Origin: a virus
Lineage: Duplodnaviria; Caudoviricetes
DNA length: 64,000 bases
Direction: 5' to 3' (one strand)
Virus record (IMG/VR): IMGVR_UViG_3300011008_000008
Shown here: positions 31,453-40,823 of the stretch, one piece after another
Layout: the number at the start of each line of letters is the position of its first letter
How positions within the stretch are numbered: the first letter of the stretch is position 1
Position numbers and translations under genes: made by a program
Notes under the pieces: generated by a model
What the model was told of the DNA's origin: nothing
What the model saw: the letters and a program-made list of their open reading frames with translations, nothing else
Databases searched by the model: none

Positions 31453-32149
31453 TTTTAGGCGCTACCAAACAAAGCACAAAATACTATTGTGTTGCGATGA
31501 AACAGAGGGCGAATACATTGATTACAAAGAGAAGTTGTACCGCGATAGTTGGCTTGCTCCTCGCAAAACAAATGATATTCCATTTATGTCCGCTGATATT
31601 ATAGAGATTGATTTTGATGAATACAAGGCTCTATATGACGCCATAGAAAGAGACGAAGAAATAATACACGAGCAAACGCAGGATGAAGATTATGAAGAAC
31701 CGCCCGTTATTGAATATGATGATGGTATCACAATCGAAGCTGCAAAGGAAATGAAGAATACAGAAATGAACTATACTTGCCACAAGATTATTGAGGCAGG
31801 ATTTGACATTACTCTATCAGACGGAGAAACACATCATTTTTCATTGACAACACAGGATCAGCTTAATTTGATTACGCTGTCCTCTATGGTTGCTTCAGGC
31901 GCTGATCAAGTCCCCTATCATGCCGATGGAGAATTGTGTCAGTATTATTCTGCGGCTGACATCCAATTGATTGTTAATACTGCGACTGCACTAAAGACAT
32001 ATCATACGACCTATGTAAACGCGCTGAAGATGTATGTGCGCTCATTGGACACGATTGAATCAATCTTATCTATTGAGTACGGCGTAGATTTACCGGAGGA
32101 ATTTCAATCTGACGTTCTTAAAAATATTATCCATGATATCGGCGGGTAA
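31394..32149 (+). CDS. Tail-fibre-associated protein (DUF4376-like)
   Basis: HFSLTTQDQLNL and PYHADGELC motifs, typical downstream of tail fibres. Confidence 0.6.
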   Translation: MRFYKIIDGNSFIGIGSSLSFRRYQTKHKILLCCDETEGEYIDYKEKLYRDSWLAPRKTNDIPFMSADIIEIDFDEYKALYDAIERDEEIIHEQTQDEDYEEPPVIEYDDGITIEAAKEMKNTEMNYTCHKIIEAGFDITLSDGETHHFSLTTQDQLNLITLSSMVASGADQVPYHADGELCQYYSAADIQLIVNTATALKTYHTTYVNALKMYVRSLDTIESILSIEYGVDLPEEFQSDVLKNIIHDIGG

Positions 32150-32155
32150 TCAAAT

Positions 32156-32584
32156 ATGCGTAAATATCTAAAGGAATTATTTCTATTCGTTGTATTTGGT
32201 ACGCTGTATTTTATGATTGAGACTATCTATAAGGGACGTATTACCCATTGGACGATGTTCGTCCTGGCTGGCTTTATTGGCGTCTGCATAGGCAGGATAA
32301 ATGAGGATATTCCGTGGGAAATGTCATTCTGGCGGCAATGTATGATTGGAATGATTATCGCAACATTCGCAGAGGGATTATCTGGAATAGTTCTTAATGT
32401 ATGGCTTCATTTGAATATATGGAATTACAGCAATACACCTTTGAGATTCTTTTTCGGGCAATGCTGTATTCCATTTTGTTTGGCTTGGTATGCGCTTTCT
32501 GGAATATGCATTATATTGGACGATTATTTAAGATGGAGGTTCTTTGGAGAGGAATGCCCAAGGTATAATTTTGATCTATGGTAA
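32156..32584 (+). CDS. Integral membrane protein (putative ABC-permease-like family)
   Basis: 4 hydrophobic segments; HWTMF, IWNYS and GQCC motifs. Confidence 0.6.
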   Translation: MRKYLKELFLFVVFGTLYFMIETIYKGRITHWTMFVLAGFIGVCIGRINEDIPWEMSFWRQCMIGMIIATFAEGLSGIVLNVWLHLNIWNYSNTPLRFFFGQCCIPFCLAWYALSGICIILDDYLRWRFFGEECPRYNFDLW

Positions 32585-32985
32585 AAAGTATAATAGATAA
32601 CGCAATAGAGAAACTTGAAATACAATTAAATAGTGCTTCGCGTGGCGCACAATCACAAGAAGAAACAGCTTATGCCTCTGGGCTGGCTGATGCATTGGAA
32701 ATTCTTTTAGACGAGAAAGCCAGCGCATTAATCATTGGCCGCGAATACTATGTTTTAGTTTGGGACGAAGATTTGAATACAACAATGATTCAAAAGAGAG
32801 TTTTGTCAAAGATAACTACGACATTGACTAAGACGGCTTATTGTTTTTCGCTTGTCGGGAAAAGAGATTTGCGCCCGGTTGTTTTATATAGTAGCGGCGG
32901 TTTGGCAAACAGAGTATTTGAGAATTACGATGATGCTGTCCGCTGGAAGGAACATGTTTATCTAAATCAAAAAGTTCAGTATTGA
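32578..32985 (+). CDS. Hypothetical protein
   Basis: 135-aa ORF coupled to the upstream gene. Confidence 0.55.
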   Translation: MVKSIIDNAIEKLEIQLNSASRGAQSQEETAYASGLADALEILLDEKASALIIGREYYVLVWDEDLNTTMIQKRVLSKITTTLTKTAYCFSLVGKRDLRPVVLYSSGGLANRVFENYDDAVRWKEHVYLNQKVQY

Positions 32986-32987
32986 GT

Positions 32988-33020
32988 TGATTGCCTTATT
33001 GGGCGGTCTTTTTATTTTAT
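32988..33020 (+). terminator. Probable intrinsic terminator
   Basis: GATTGCCTT-ATT-GGGCGGTC stem followed by TTTTTATTTT. Confidence 0.55.
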
Positions 33021-33036
33021 AAGGAGGTACAGCGAT

Positions 33037-33144
33037 ATGAAGATTTGGGATTCTTTAATTGAAAAGATGAAGGATGTCGCTACTGAAAAGCAGGGTGATG
33101 ATAAGCCCAGGGAGATTGTCGTAATTGACGGCAAACAGATTTAG
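33037..33144 (+). CDS. Small hypothetical protein (35 aa; not in ORF track)
   Basis: AAGGAGG RBS, MKIWDSLIEKMKDVATEKQGDDKPREIVVIDGKQI. Confidence 0.45.
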   Translation: MKIWDSLIEKMKDVATEKQGDDKPREIVVIDGKQI

Positions 33145-33162
33145 TAGAAGGAGGAAACAGTT

Positions 33163-33942
33163 ATGTCTTTTACAACATTGAAGAATGGTAGTAAGGGAGA
33201 TATGGTTAAGGCATTGCAGTATATCGTTGGTGTAACAGCCGATGGTAAGTTTGGTTCAAAGACTGAATCAGCGGTTAAGACATTGCAGAAGAAATATGGT
33301 TTAACTGTTGATGGTAAAGCTGGCCAAAAGACATTCCAAGCAATTGTCAATAATGCGCCAACTTTGAAATTCGGATCAACAGGTGCTTATGTTTATGCCA
33401 TAGAGGTATTGCTTTCTACCATGAAGCTTGATGGTATTTTTTCGGCTGATGAAACAGCACATGTAAAAACTTATCAGGCGTCAAAGAATCTAACGGCAGA
33501 TGGACTTGTCGGAAAGAAAACGTATACCGCATTGTTTGGCTTGGATTCAGTAACCACAAGCAATGGGACGAATACAACCCAGCCAGTGAATTATAAGCAA
33601 TATGATAGTCGTTGGGGTTCCGTTGTGTATACAAAGAATAATACTTATAACAAAAATCAGACTATAAAGAGTTCTGGTTGTGGCCCAACAAGCATGGCCG
33701 ACATCGTTGCTACATGGTGGGATAAGAGTATTACACCAAAGGAAATGTGCGCATTGTCTGTGGCTAATGGTTACAGGACAACTAACTCTGGCACGGCCTG
33801 GAACTTCTTCGAGTTCGTAGCAAAGAAGTATAAGGCAAGTAAATTTGTCCAAACTTCTTCATTTACAACAATGCAAAATTGTTTGGCAAGCGGCGGCTAT
33901 GTTGTCGTTTCTTTTAAAGAGTCCAAGTGGACAAACGGAGGT
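33163..33942 (+). CDS. Cell-wall hydrolase exon 1: peptidoglycan-binding repeats plus C39-like cysteine peptidase
   Basis: DGKFG/DGKAG/DGLVG PG-binding repeats; YKQYDSRW..SGCGPTSMA catalytic Cys motif; stops at WTNGG before the catalytic His. Confidence 0.85.
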
Positions 33943-34191
33943 TAACATAATGGCCTCCTAACACGGTGAACTGGTACATGCCAGGTGTCGCTAAATATAG
34001 CGGCTAACGGGGAAAGCTAAACGCAAAAGCGCATGCCAATCCCGTGCCAAGCCTCAATGCGAGGAAGGTGTAACGACTATCTCATATGAGAGTACATTGC
34101 AGGTGAAACTCCTGCTATGGAAGCGCCGTGCATTTGATAATATACCAAATGAAGATATAGTCTGGCCTCATGGAAACATGGTGGGTTAATG
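33943..34191 (+). ncRNA. Group I intron (249 nt, ORF-less) in the lysin gene
   Basis: P1 GGAGGU (33937-33942)/GCCUCC (33953-33958); P10 AUAAUG (33947-33952)/CAUUAU (34192-34197); P CUAACGGGGAAA, Q AAUCCCGUGCC, P7 GACUA (34075-34079)/UAGUC (34158-34162) in AAGAUAUAGUC; terminal G34191. Confidence 0.93.
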
Positions 34192-34329
34192 CATTATTGT
34201 TGCCTTTGGAAAGATGATGGCAAAAACATCTATGTGAATGATCCTGCAAGTGCGAGTTCTTCAAGGGCAAAGGGAACATATTCAGAGGTTAAGGCCGCTG
34301 CAAAGCAATACTTCTGCTTCTGGAAATAG
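34192..34329 (+). CDS. Cell-wall hydrolase exon 2 (45 aa; spliced product 305 aa)
   Basis: HYCCLWKDDGKNIYVNDPAS..YFCFWK restores the GGHY and NDP motifs in frame. Confidence 0.9.
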   Translation, partial: HYCCLWKDDGKNIYVNDPASASSSRAKGTYSEVKAAAKQYFCFWK

Positions 34330-34354
34330 AATAAACTTGTAGGAGGTTTCACGT

Positions 34355-34816
34355 ATGGATACTGCATCAATTTGGGCGATGCTATCAGACATCAAAGTAG
34401 GAAGTTTGATAGCATGGGGGATTGTTATTATTGCTATTATTACAGCGATAGTAAAAGGTGTGATGAAGTTATACACTTTTTTCACCAAATACAAAAATCT
34501 GAAAGAAGAAAATGAGAAGCAATCCGAGCTATTAAAGGGACATGATGAGACGCTTAAAAAGATTAACGAGTGCTTAGAAAAGATGAATAAACGTCTTGAT
34601 GAACAAAGCGAGGTTAATCTAAAACAGATTCGTCATACTATTGTTTACACTTGTTATGATGCAATTGCTGCGGGAGAAATCCAGATCGGGAAGCTAAAGT
34701 CGCTCGAAGAAATGTACGACGAATACACGAATATATTCCACGGAAACGGCTATGTGAAAACACTTGTTGAACGTGTGCGGGAGCAACTTCCAATAGTCGG
34801 AAACTTGGACGAGTGA
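34355..34816 (+). CDS. Holin-like membrane protein
   Basis: N-terminal TM helix, coiled coil, Y...HGNGYV motif; lies between two lysins. Confidence 0.55.
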   Translation: MDTASIWAMLSDIKVGSLIAWGIVIIAIITAIVKGVMKLYTFFTKYKNLKEENEKQSELLKGHDETLKKINECLEKMNKRLDEQSEVNLKQIRHTIVYTCYDAIAAGEIQIGKLKSLEEMYDEYTNIFHGNGYVKTLVERVREQLPIVGNLDE

Positions 34817-34897
34817 TCACAAAACAATTAGGACATAAACACAGATTTTGTAGGAGTATAGCATAAAGCTGTACTCCGAGTTTTTATATTTAGAGAA

Positions 34898-35752
34898 ATG
34901 AAGATTATTGATGTTAGCGAATACCAGGGCAATATTGATTGGGCAAAGGCGGCAAAAGAAGTCGATTTTGTCATAATGAGAGCTTCAATATTACAGAGAA
35001 AAGATAATAAATATCAGCGGAATGTTGACGCATTGGAGCAACTAAACATCCCCTATCATGCCTATCATTATATTAAGGCGACAACGCTGGATGAAGCCAG
35101 AGATGAAGCTAAGGCATTTGCGGAGGCTACGAAGGATAGCAAGCCTGTGTTCTATATCATTGACGCGGAATGGAGTGGAATTGCGGCAAGTATTGCAAAG
35201 GATGTTATCGAAGAATTTGAAGCTGAGCTGCGCAGATCAGTAAAGCACGATATCCGTGTGGCTGTTTATATTGGGCATGACAAGTATAAGTCGTGGGCAC
35301 TAAACTATGACCGGTATGCTTATGTTTGGATTCCACGCTATGGAAAGAATAACGGTACAGTTGAAGGAGCTACTAAGCCGTCGTACACCTGTGATCTATG
35401 GCAGTATACCAGCAAAGGGAAGGTTGACGGTATTAAGGGCAACGTTGATGTTAGTGTATTGAATGGTAATAAACCTTTATCATTCTTCTTGACCGGAGAA
35501 GGAGCATATATGAATAATAACACAATTTTACAGAAAGGGAGCAAAGGCCGTGAAGTGAAACATCTCCAGAGTGTGTTGATGGCTCTGGGTTACGATCTCG
35601 GCAAGTATGGTGCAGATGGTAGTTATGGCAATCTGACCGTGGCGGCAGTAAAGAGCTTCCAGAAGGATCATGGTTTTCAGCAGACCGGGACTGTTACCGA
35701 GCTGCTGTATGATGAAATGTTTGTGGCGCTGGTAAAGAACTGCGCTAAGTAA
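34898..35752 (+). CDS. Endolysin, GH25 muramidase with C-terminal PG-binding domain
   Basis: IIDVSEYQGNIDW, IDAE, LWQYTSKG..VD motifs; GADGSYG..AVKSFQ binding domain. Confidence 0.92.
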   Translation: MKIIDVSEYQGNIDWAKAAKEVDFVIMRASILQRKDNKYQRNVDALEQLNIPYHAYHYIKATTLDEARDEAKAFAEATKDSKPVFYIIDAEWSGIAASIAKDVIEEFEAELRRSVKHDIRVAVYIGHDKYKSWALNYDRYAYVWIPRYGKNNGTVEGATKPSYTCDLWQYTSKGKVDGIKGNVDVSVLNGNKPLSFFLTGEGAYMNNNTILQKGSKGREVKHLQSVLMALGYDLGKYGADGSYGNLTVAAVKSFQKDHGFQQTGTVTELLYDEMFVALVKNCAK

Positions 35753-35766
35753 GGTCGCAAAATTAA

Positions 35767-35803
35767 AGGACTATAAGAACGAATCTTATAGTCCTATTCT
35801 TTT
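35767..35803. terminator. Intrinsic terminator at the convergence of late and early arms
   Basis: Perfect stem AGGACTATAAGA-ACGAA-TCTTATAGTCCT followed by ATTCTTTT. Confidence 0.75.
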
Positions 35804-35940
35804 GCGTTTCAAGGTGTACAATTAAATCTACCATTCTAAACCGTGGATTTAAGTCTATATCTTGAACCGTTATAAGCTCTGACCTCTAACACTTCATTAA
35901 CGTTGTTTTTGTGCAAGTTGTATAGTCAGGTAAAAAGTAG

Positions 35941-35984
35941 TTACGATGTCAACGTAACGCTCTGACCAACTGAGCTATAACCCC
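35941..35984 (-). other. 5' half of tRNA-Val(GAC); putative attP core
   Basis: GGGGTTA-TA-GCTCAGTTGGTCAGAGC-G-TTACG-TTGACAT-CGTAA gives the acceptor 5' strand, D arm and anticodon arm; no T arm or 3' strand follows; about 250 bp downstream of the integrase. Confidence 0.85.
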
Positions 35985-35996
35985 GCAACATTGGAT

Positions 35997-36025
35997 ATTA
36001 TATCACGATGGTATGAGCTTGTCAA
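35997..36025 (-). promoter_or_regulatory. Consensus sigma-A promoter upstream of the tRNA half
   Basis: TTGACA (36025-36020), 17 bp, TATAAT (36002-35997), with extended -10 TG. Confidence 0.85.
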
Positions 36026-36160
36026 CAAGATTTTTGGATTGATTCTAAACCTTGTACACATTGCACAATAGATTTACAATCATTCATTAAATCATAGTTA
36101 TCTCATTGGTCTTTGAGTAGTTGTCATATTGCACAATTTCGGTTAGGCTACTCTTATTCG

Positions 36161-36227
36161 GGTCACAAAACAGGTCACAAATAAAAAGTTTCTACCTATA
36201 TATGTGCAGGTCACAAAGTGGGTCACA
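36161..36227. repeat. Four GGTCACA direct repeats, candidate integrase arm-type sites
   Basis: Copies at 36161, 36173, 36209 and 36221: two pairs with 12-bp period, between the integrase stop and the tRNA fragment. Confidence 0.7.
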
Positions 36228-36232
36228 GTGCC

Positions 36233-37462
36233 CTACCGCGAGACGTATTGAGTCATGGTATTGTTGGCCTTGCGCAGATCATTTTTGTCAACATGGGTAT
36301 ATGTCCTTAACAGCATGCGCTCGTCCTTATGCCCCATGATTTCCATTGCCGTCCTTATCGGCACACCGGCATTTGACATATTCGTTGCATAAGTGTGTCT
36401 ACCAACATAGGGCGTCATTCCATATACATCAATTGTCTTTTTAATTCTGTTCCACATGTTCCGGGTAACAGATTCAGACGTGACATGTTCCCCATCATTG
36501 CCAATAATATATCCAACACTCTTGAACCGTTCGAGATATTCATTGAGCCTTGGGTCTATAGGAACTTGCCTTAAACTTTCTTCTGTCTTGGTTTCACCAA
36601 CGTCCGGCATTCCATTAACGAATACGAGATCACGGCGTACATGAATCATCTTTTCATCGAAATCAATATCCTCCCATTTCAATCCATATATCTCACATGG
36701 GCGCAGACAAGTGAACATCAAGAACGCCATTAGTAATATAGCATTGTCCTCCGTTAGATCAGGGATATGATCTATAATGTCAACCTGTTCGTCATGCGTC
36801 AACGGCTTTCGTTCTTCAATTTCTTTCTGTGACGGATTGCAGATGCGGTCTGAATCCATCGGGTTTCTGTCGATATGTCTGTCCTCATATGCAGATGCAA
36901 AAATCGCTTTAAGCATCCACATTATATCACGCACCTGTGATTTGCAATAATGCGCCTTTGTCGAAAGATAATTCTGGATGTCAGTTGTCGTTATATCAGA
37001 AATATCTTTTCCTTCAAAAGCTGGCCTGATGTGGTTCCTAAATAACGATGAATCCTTTACCATCGTCTTAGGCCGCAGATTTGGCTTGTGGAACACGTCA
37101 AACCAGGTCTGGGCACAATCTTCCCACAAGTGCGGTTCGTGGGATGACAGAGCCTTTTCTGGGCTTCTGGCGGTGTTCAGAATTGCTGCAATGGAGTTGT
37201 GCAATTCTTCTTTACTATTCCCTACCGCCCAGGCAAATACAGGAGCGCCACTTTCATTCATTCCAACTCTTACACGTTCCCTAAATTTAGATGCCATGTT
37301 TTCTTCTCCTTTCTCATCGGAGAAATCAGAGCTTATAACGTTTTCAAGGTTCGATAGACTTTCATCCTTTGTATATTGTAACACATTTTCATTTAAGGAT
37401 GCAAGCATATTATGTATCTCTTGAACTTGGCTTAATAATTTTTCGTTATCTATACTATTCAT
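36233..37462 (-). CDS. int: Tyrosine integrase
   Basis: TCLRPCEIYGLKWEDID, KT, TPYVGRHTYAT, MGH and TY motifs; alternative start at 37297 with AAGGAG RBS. Confidence 0.93.
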   Translation of the reverse strand: MNSIDNEKLLSQVQEIHNMLASLNENVLQYTKDESLSNLENVISSDFSDEKGEENMASKFRERVRVGMNESGAPVFAWAVGNSKEELHNSIAAILNTARSPEKALSSHEPHLWEDCAQTWFDVFHKPNLRPKTMVKDSSLFRNHIRPAFEGKDISDITTTDIQNYLSTKAHYCKSQVRDIMWMLKAIFASAYEDRHIDRNPMDSDRICNPSQKEIEERKPLTHDEQVDIIDHIPDLTEDNAILLMAFLMFTCLRPCEIYGLKWEDIDFDEKMIHVRRDLVFVNGMPDVGETKTEESLRQVPIDPRLNEYLERFKSVGYIIGNDGEHVTSESVTRNMWNRIKKTIDVYGMTPYVGRHTYATNMSNAGVPIRTAMEIMGHKDERMLLRTYTHVDKNDLRKANNTMTQYVSR

Positions 37463-37500
37463 TTTTTAAATTAGCCCCAACCGCCCATCCCATTTACCAA

Positions 37501-38001
37501 TTACTTACTTGTACTTCCAAATCCTCTTGTGCGAATCCCGCTTGCATCATCGCCGGTTACAATACCAAACGGCACAAATACACCCTGGACAATTGCGTCG
37601 CCAGCCCTTACAATTAAAAGCTTGTCGCCGTCATTGGTCAGCTTGATAAAGATATGCCCCTCATTCAGAGCGTTATAATAATCAGAATCAATAATGCCAA
37701 CCGTGTTATTAAGCTGCAACTTATAATTGAAGCCAAGGCCACTGCGCGGGAACATCATGAGCACCCAACCTTCATCAATTCTGGCGCGAATGCCCGTGGG
37801 GAACTTGATCATTTCACCAGGTGCAAGCGCGAAGTCAATCGGTGAATAAAAATCATATCCGGCAGAACCAATGGTTGCACGTTGAGGAATCTTAATTTCA
37901 TCATATGGCATGACATTATCCTTCAACTTGCCAAAGCAATTGTTCCAATCTTTGTTAAACTGTTCTACGCTTACTTTCTTAAATTCTGCAATCGCGTTCA
38001 T
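37501..38001 (-). CDS. dut: dUTPase (trimeric)
   Basis: SAGYDF, PRSGLG, GIIDSDYY and RGFGST motifs. Confidence 0.95.
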   Translation of the reverse strand: MNAIAEFKKVSVEQFNKDWNNCFGKLKDNVMPYDEIKIPQRATIGSAGYDFYSPIDFALAPGEMIKFPTGIRARIDEGWVLMMFPRSGLGFNYKLQLNNTVGIIDSDYYNALNEGHIFIKLTNDGDKLLIVRAGDAIVQGVFVPFGIVTGDDASGIRTRGFGSTSK

Positions 38002-38504
38002 TGTTTGTTTTCCTCCTGATACATGTTAATACTGCTAATCCTGTTCTTAATTGGTTCATTATTATATATAACTATCATAGTTGGAAATGGTGCTGGGGAA
38101 ATTTTGAAATTACCATCCGGTCTCCAAGATGGGAATGTTCTGTTTTCAAATTTAAGTCTCCCCTTTACAAAACGAATTTCTGTTGCCTTGTCCATTATGT
38201 ATTTATGAAACCAATCTGTGTCTGTCCTACTTGGAATTAGCATAACAATGGTTGTGCCGTTTTCATTATGTTCATTCCAGCATTTTTCCACCCACTGTTT
38301 AATTGATCTGCCATAAGGCGGATTACAAAATACAGTTTCATTTTTCCAACTTTGTTTTAATCCATCTTCCGTCTTTGTATAATGCTTTTCGCATTTGTTG
38401 TTGTATTCCTGACTACATGGGTCAAGCGTGAAATTAAATTCATTATTTAGCAAATCAAATAATTCTTGTGGTGTTTCCCACTCATCTGATTTGCTACTTG
38501 CCAT
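37998..38504 (-). CDS. Phage DNA N6-adenine methyltransferase
   Basis: EWETP, FTLDP, FCNPPY, LIPSRTDT and GRLKF motifs. Confidence 0.9.
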   Translation of the reverse strand: MASSKSDEWETPQELFDLLNNEFNFTLDPCSQEYNNKCEKHYTKTEDGLKQSWKNETVFCNPPYGRSIKQWVEKCWNEHNENGTTIVMLIPSRTDTDWFHKYIMDKATEIRFVKGRLKFENRTFPSWRPDGNFKISPAPFPTMIVIYNNEPIKNRISSINMYQEENKQ

Positions 38505-38535
38505 AACGCCTATTCCTATAGTATCATCTCCTGCA

Positions 38536-38934
38536 TTATTCTATAATCTTTAACTCTAATTTGATATCGTCTGGTATGTTATCCCGCCAAATAAATCTAT
38601 TCTTTAGGATATAGTTGTTATAAACACTCGCCGTCTTATTTGCACGGTTTTTCGCTTGCATAGCCCAGGACAATTGGTTTTCATTCTCGCTATCCTTATA
38701 TTGTTCATAGGACAGCCTATCACTTTCATAACTTGAGATCATTGCACGAGCTGTATCTTCAACTTCTTTCAGTGTTGAATAATTCGTTCGATCATCAACT
38801 CTTTGTACGAAATAATCATTTAGATTAATCATGCCTCTGCCAATCGGCGAACAAGCATATGAGAATACGAGCACAAATACAACAATGATAAACAAGAATG
38901 TTATCTTGATTATTAGATCAACTTTCTTCTGCAT
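38536..38934 (-). CDS. Hypothetical membrane-anchored protein
   Basis: N-terminal TM helix. Confidence 0.6.
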   Translation of the reverse strand: MQKKVDLIIKITFLFIIVVFVLVFSYACSPIGRGMINLNDYFVQRVDDRTNYSTLKEVEDTARAMISSYESDRLSYEQYKDSENENQLSWAMQAKNRANKTASVYNNYILKNRFIWRDNIPDDIKLELKIIE

Positions 38935-38939
38935 ATGGC

Positions 38940-39563
38940 TTAACTCCCTTGATAAGTTATAACAGGATTGCCAATCTCAAACGGAATATCGCTAAATAGG
39001 TATGTGCCATTCCATTCCATGTACTTTCCATCTGGTGTGAAGAAGAAAATACCGCTATCATTCTCGCCATAAGAACCGTCTACGTCCGCAATCCACTTAT
39101 TATACTTCGTCCAATCTCCACCATAGATAACTTCAAAATACTCGCTATCTGGTGTAAGGAAACTATTCAGCGAACTGACTTTCCCATCAACTTCAAACCT
39201 GCCAACTACACCGCCACCCTCGGTAAGAAGAATAACATAACCCATTGGAATGTCAGCAATTGGGCAAGGAACTGTATTGGCCTTATCACGCATGCCGTTT
39301 ACCCAATATGCACGGCGAATCAGGTTGTACCTCTCTAAGCTGTAAGAGATATCCGTAGGGGTTGGCTGCTTGGATGCCAATTTCGATCCTACATCCAATG
39401 TGTTTGAAACATCCTCCTGAGTGCTTTGCGCATTCGGTGAATATGTTGCGCTGCAACCGCAAAGAATCATTGCAAGTAAAGAGGTAATCGTAAGTGCAAT
39501 AATTAATTTCACTACTCTGTTCATTCTCATTCTCTCCTTTGATCTTGTTAGGCTGTTCATCAA
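38940..39563 (-). CDS. Putative lipoprotein
   Basis: Signal peptide with lipobox-like LCGC; real start is probably a downstream Met. Confidence 0.6.
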   Translation of the reverse strand: MMNSLTRSKERMRMNRVVKLIIALTITSLLAMILCGCSATYSPNAQSTQEDVSNTLDVGSKLASKQPTPTDISYSLERYNLIRRAYWVNGMRDKANTVPCPIADIPMGYVILLTEGGGVVGRFEVDGKVSSLNSFLTPDSEYFEVIYGGDWTKYNKWIADVDGSYGENDSGIFFFTPDGKYMEWNGTYLFSDIPFEIGNPVITYQGS

Positions 39564-39569
39564 TCATTA

Positions 39570-39650
39570 AATAAGACAATTAGCTATTTGTCTTATTTGC
39601 TTATATTATATAATATAAATAGCGTCTTGTCAATACCTTTTTGTCTTATT
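39570..39650 (-). promoter_or_regulatory. Consensus promoter with AATAAGACAA boxes
   Basis: TTGACA (39633-39628), 17 bp, TATAAT (39610-39605); boxes at 39641-39650, 39588-39597 and inverted at 39570-39579. Confidence 0.8.
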
Positions 39651-39719
39651 ACTTGAATAAAATTGTGTTTTTATTTACTGCGAAACCCTCTAAGTAAGAG
39701 AGTTTTGAAATGCTACTTT

Positions 39720-39902
39720 TTAGCAAAACTCTATATCGCTTCTGCTCACAATATAAGACAAGTTATGGTATCGTATTTCAACGATGCTAACTTCGTTTTC
39801 TGGCGAACATATGTTTTCATCTGCTACCTCGACAAGTGTACCAGCGGGTATTATTGTATTACTTTCCGTCGTTATGTCTTTCAACATTACTGCGTTTTTC
39901 AT
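39720..39902 (-). CDS. Hypothetical protein
   Basis: 60-aa ORF with AAGGAG RBS. Confidence 0.5.
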   Translation of the reverse strand: MKNAVMLKDITTESNTIIPAGTLVEVADENICSPENEVSIVEIRYHNLSYIVSRSDIEFC

Positions 39903-40152
39903 CTTTGTTCTCCTTCTGAATATTAACTATGATCTCTTGAGGATCGCCGATGTCGAACTTTTTACAACCATCGATATGCCAGGGCGTAATGTAGTCGCCA
40001 GTCAATTCACATTTGTAACTTACCGAACCATTATCTACCCCATCATGGAGATAGTGTGTTCTGATCATATTTTTACATCGGTAACAGTTTTCAAGCCAAT
40101 AGTCAATGCCCGATTTCTTTCTTCTTGGCATTCTTTCTCTTATCTCCCGCAA
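39859..40152 (-). CDS. Hypothetical Cys-containing protein
   Basis: CYRC..C..C pattern; real start probably MPRRKK. Confidence 0.45.
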   Translation of the reverse strand: MREIRERMPRRKKSGIDYWLENCYRCKNMIRTHYLHDGVDNGSVSYKCELTGDYITPWHIDGCKKFDIGDPQEIIVNIQKENKDEKRSNVERHNDGK

Positions 40153-40390
40153 TTATAAAAATCATAAAGATACCGAATATTGCAGACAGTATGATTTCAA
40201 CCACAAATGGAATTATGATTGGAAGCAACACTGTTATCCACGAACAGTGAATCTCGCCAAGTAACTGCAATATGACAAGCAGTACTCCAATGAAAATGCT
40301 TGCATAAGCAGATAAACCTACTATAGCAATAATCGCTTTACCCCAGCGATATTCATTATCCGCATTCATAAAGAACCTTTCTATTATCAT
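40103..40390 (-). CDS. Small membrane protein
   Basis: 2-3 TM segments, LLGEIHCSWITVLLP motif. Confidence 0.55.
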   Translation of the reverse strand: MIIERFFMNADNEYRWGKAIIAIVGLSAYASIFIGVLLVILQLLGEIHCSWITVLLPIIIPFVVEIILSAIFGIFMIFIIAGDKRKNAKKKEIGH

Positions 40391-40820
40391 CGTCTACTTT
40401 TTTCTGTAGATAATATCCTTCAAGCTCCCAAATTTTGTCCTTAATCTTCTTTAGGCAAATCTTGTAGCCAATATTTTCGCTATATCGTTCTGGTGATACA
40501 CAAGCAGATGATTCCGTAATAATGAATCCGTTTGGCAGCTTTACATAAACAACTGTGCATTTATCGAATACTGTTTCGATATTTATTTCGCTGTTGGCCA
40601 GCAAATCCTCGATCATTTCCTCAGTCACAGTCGGCGCATCTTTCTTCAATGTAAAGTATTTTGCAAATTCATCTTCGGACATGCAGCCAAGGTGAAGCCC
40701 ATTGCCAAACTTAAATGAAATTATATCGTCGTTGACAGCAACAACTTCGCAGACTTCGCCTATGTTCTTAAAAGCGCCCATTTCTTTCTTCAAAACTATC
40801 TTGTCTCCGACTTTAACCAT
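40356..40820 (-). CDS. Phage protein with N4 Gp49/Sf6 Gp66-like C-terminal domain
   Basis: LPNGFIITESSACVSP..IG..IC..KIWELEGY motif. Confidence 0.7.
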   Translation of the reverse strand: MVKVGDKIVLKKEMGAFKNIGEVCEVVAVNDDIISFKFGNGLHLGCMSEDEFAKYFTLKKDAPTVTEEMIEDLLANSEINIETVFDKCTVVYVKLPNGFIITESSACVSPERYSENIGYKICLKKIKDKIWELEGYYLQKKVDDDNRKVLYECG

Positions 40821-40823
40821 GCT

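Noticed and set aside
35941-35984. Complete functional tRNA gene
   Set aside because: No variable loop, T arm or 3' acceptor strand after the anticodon stem
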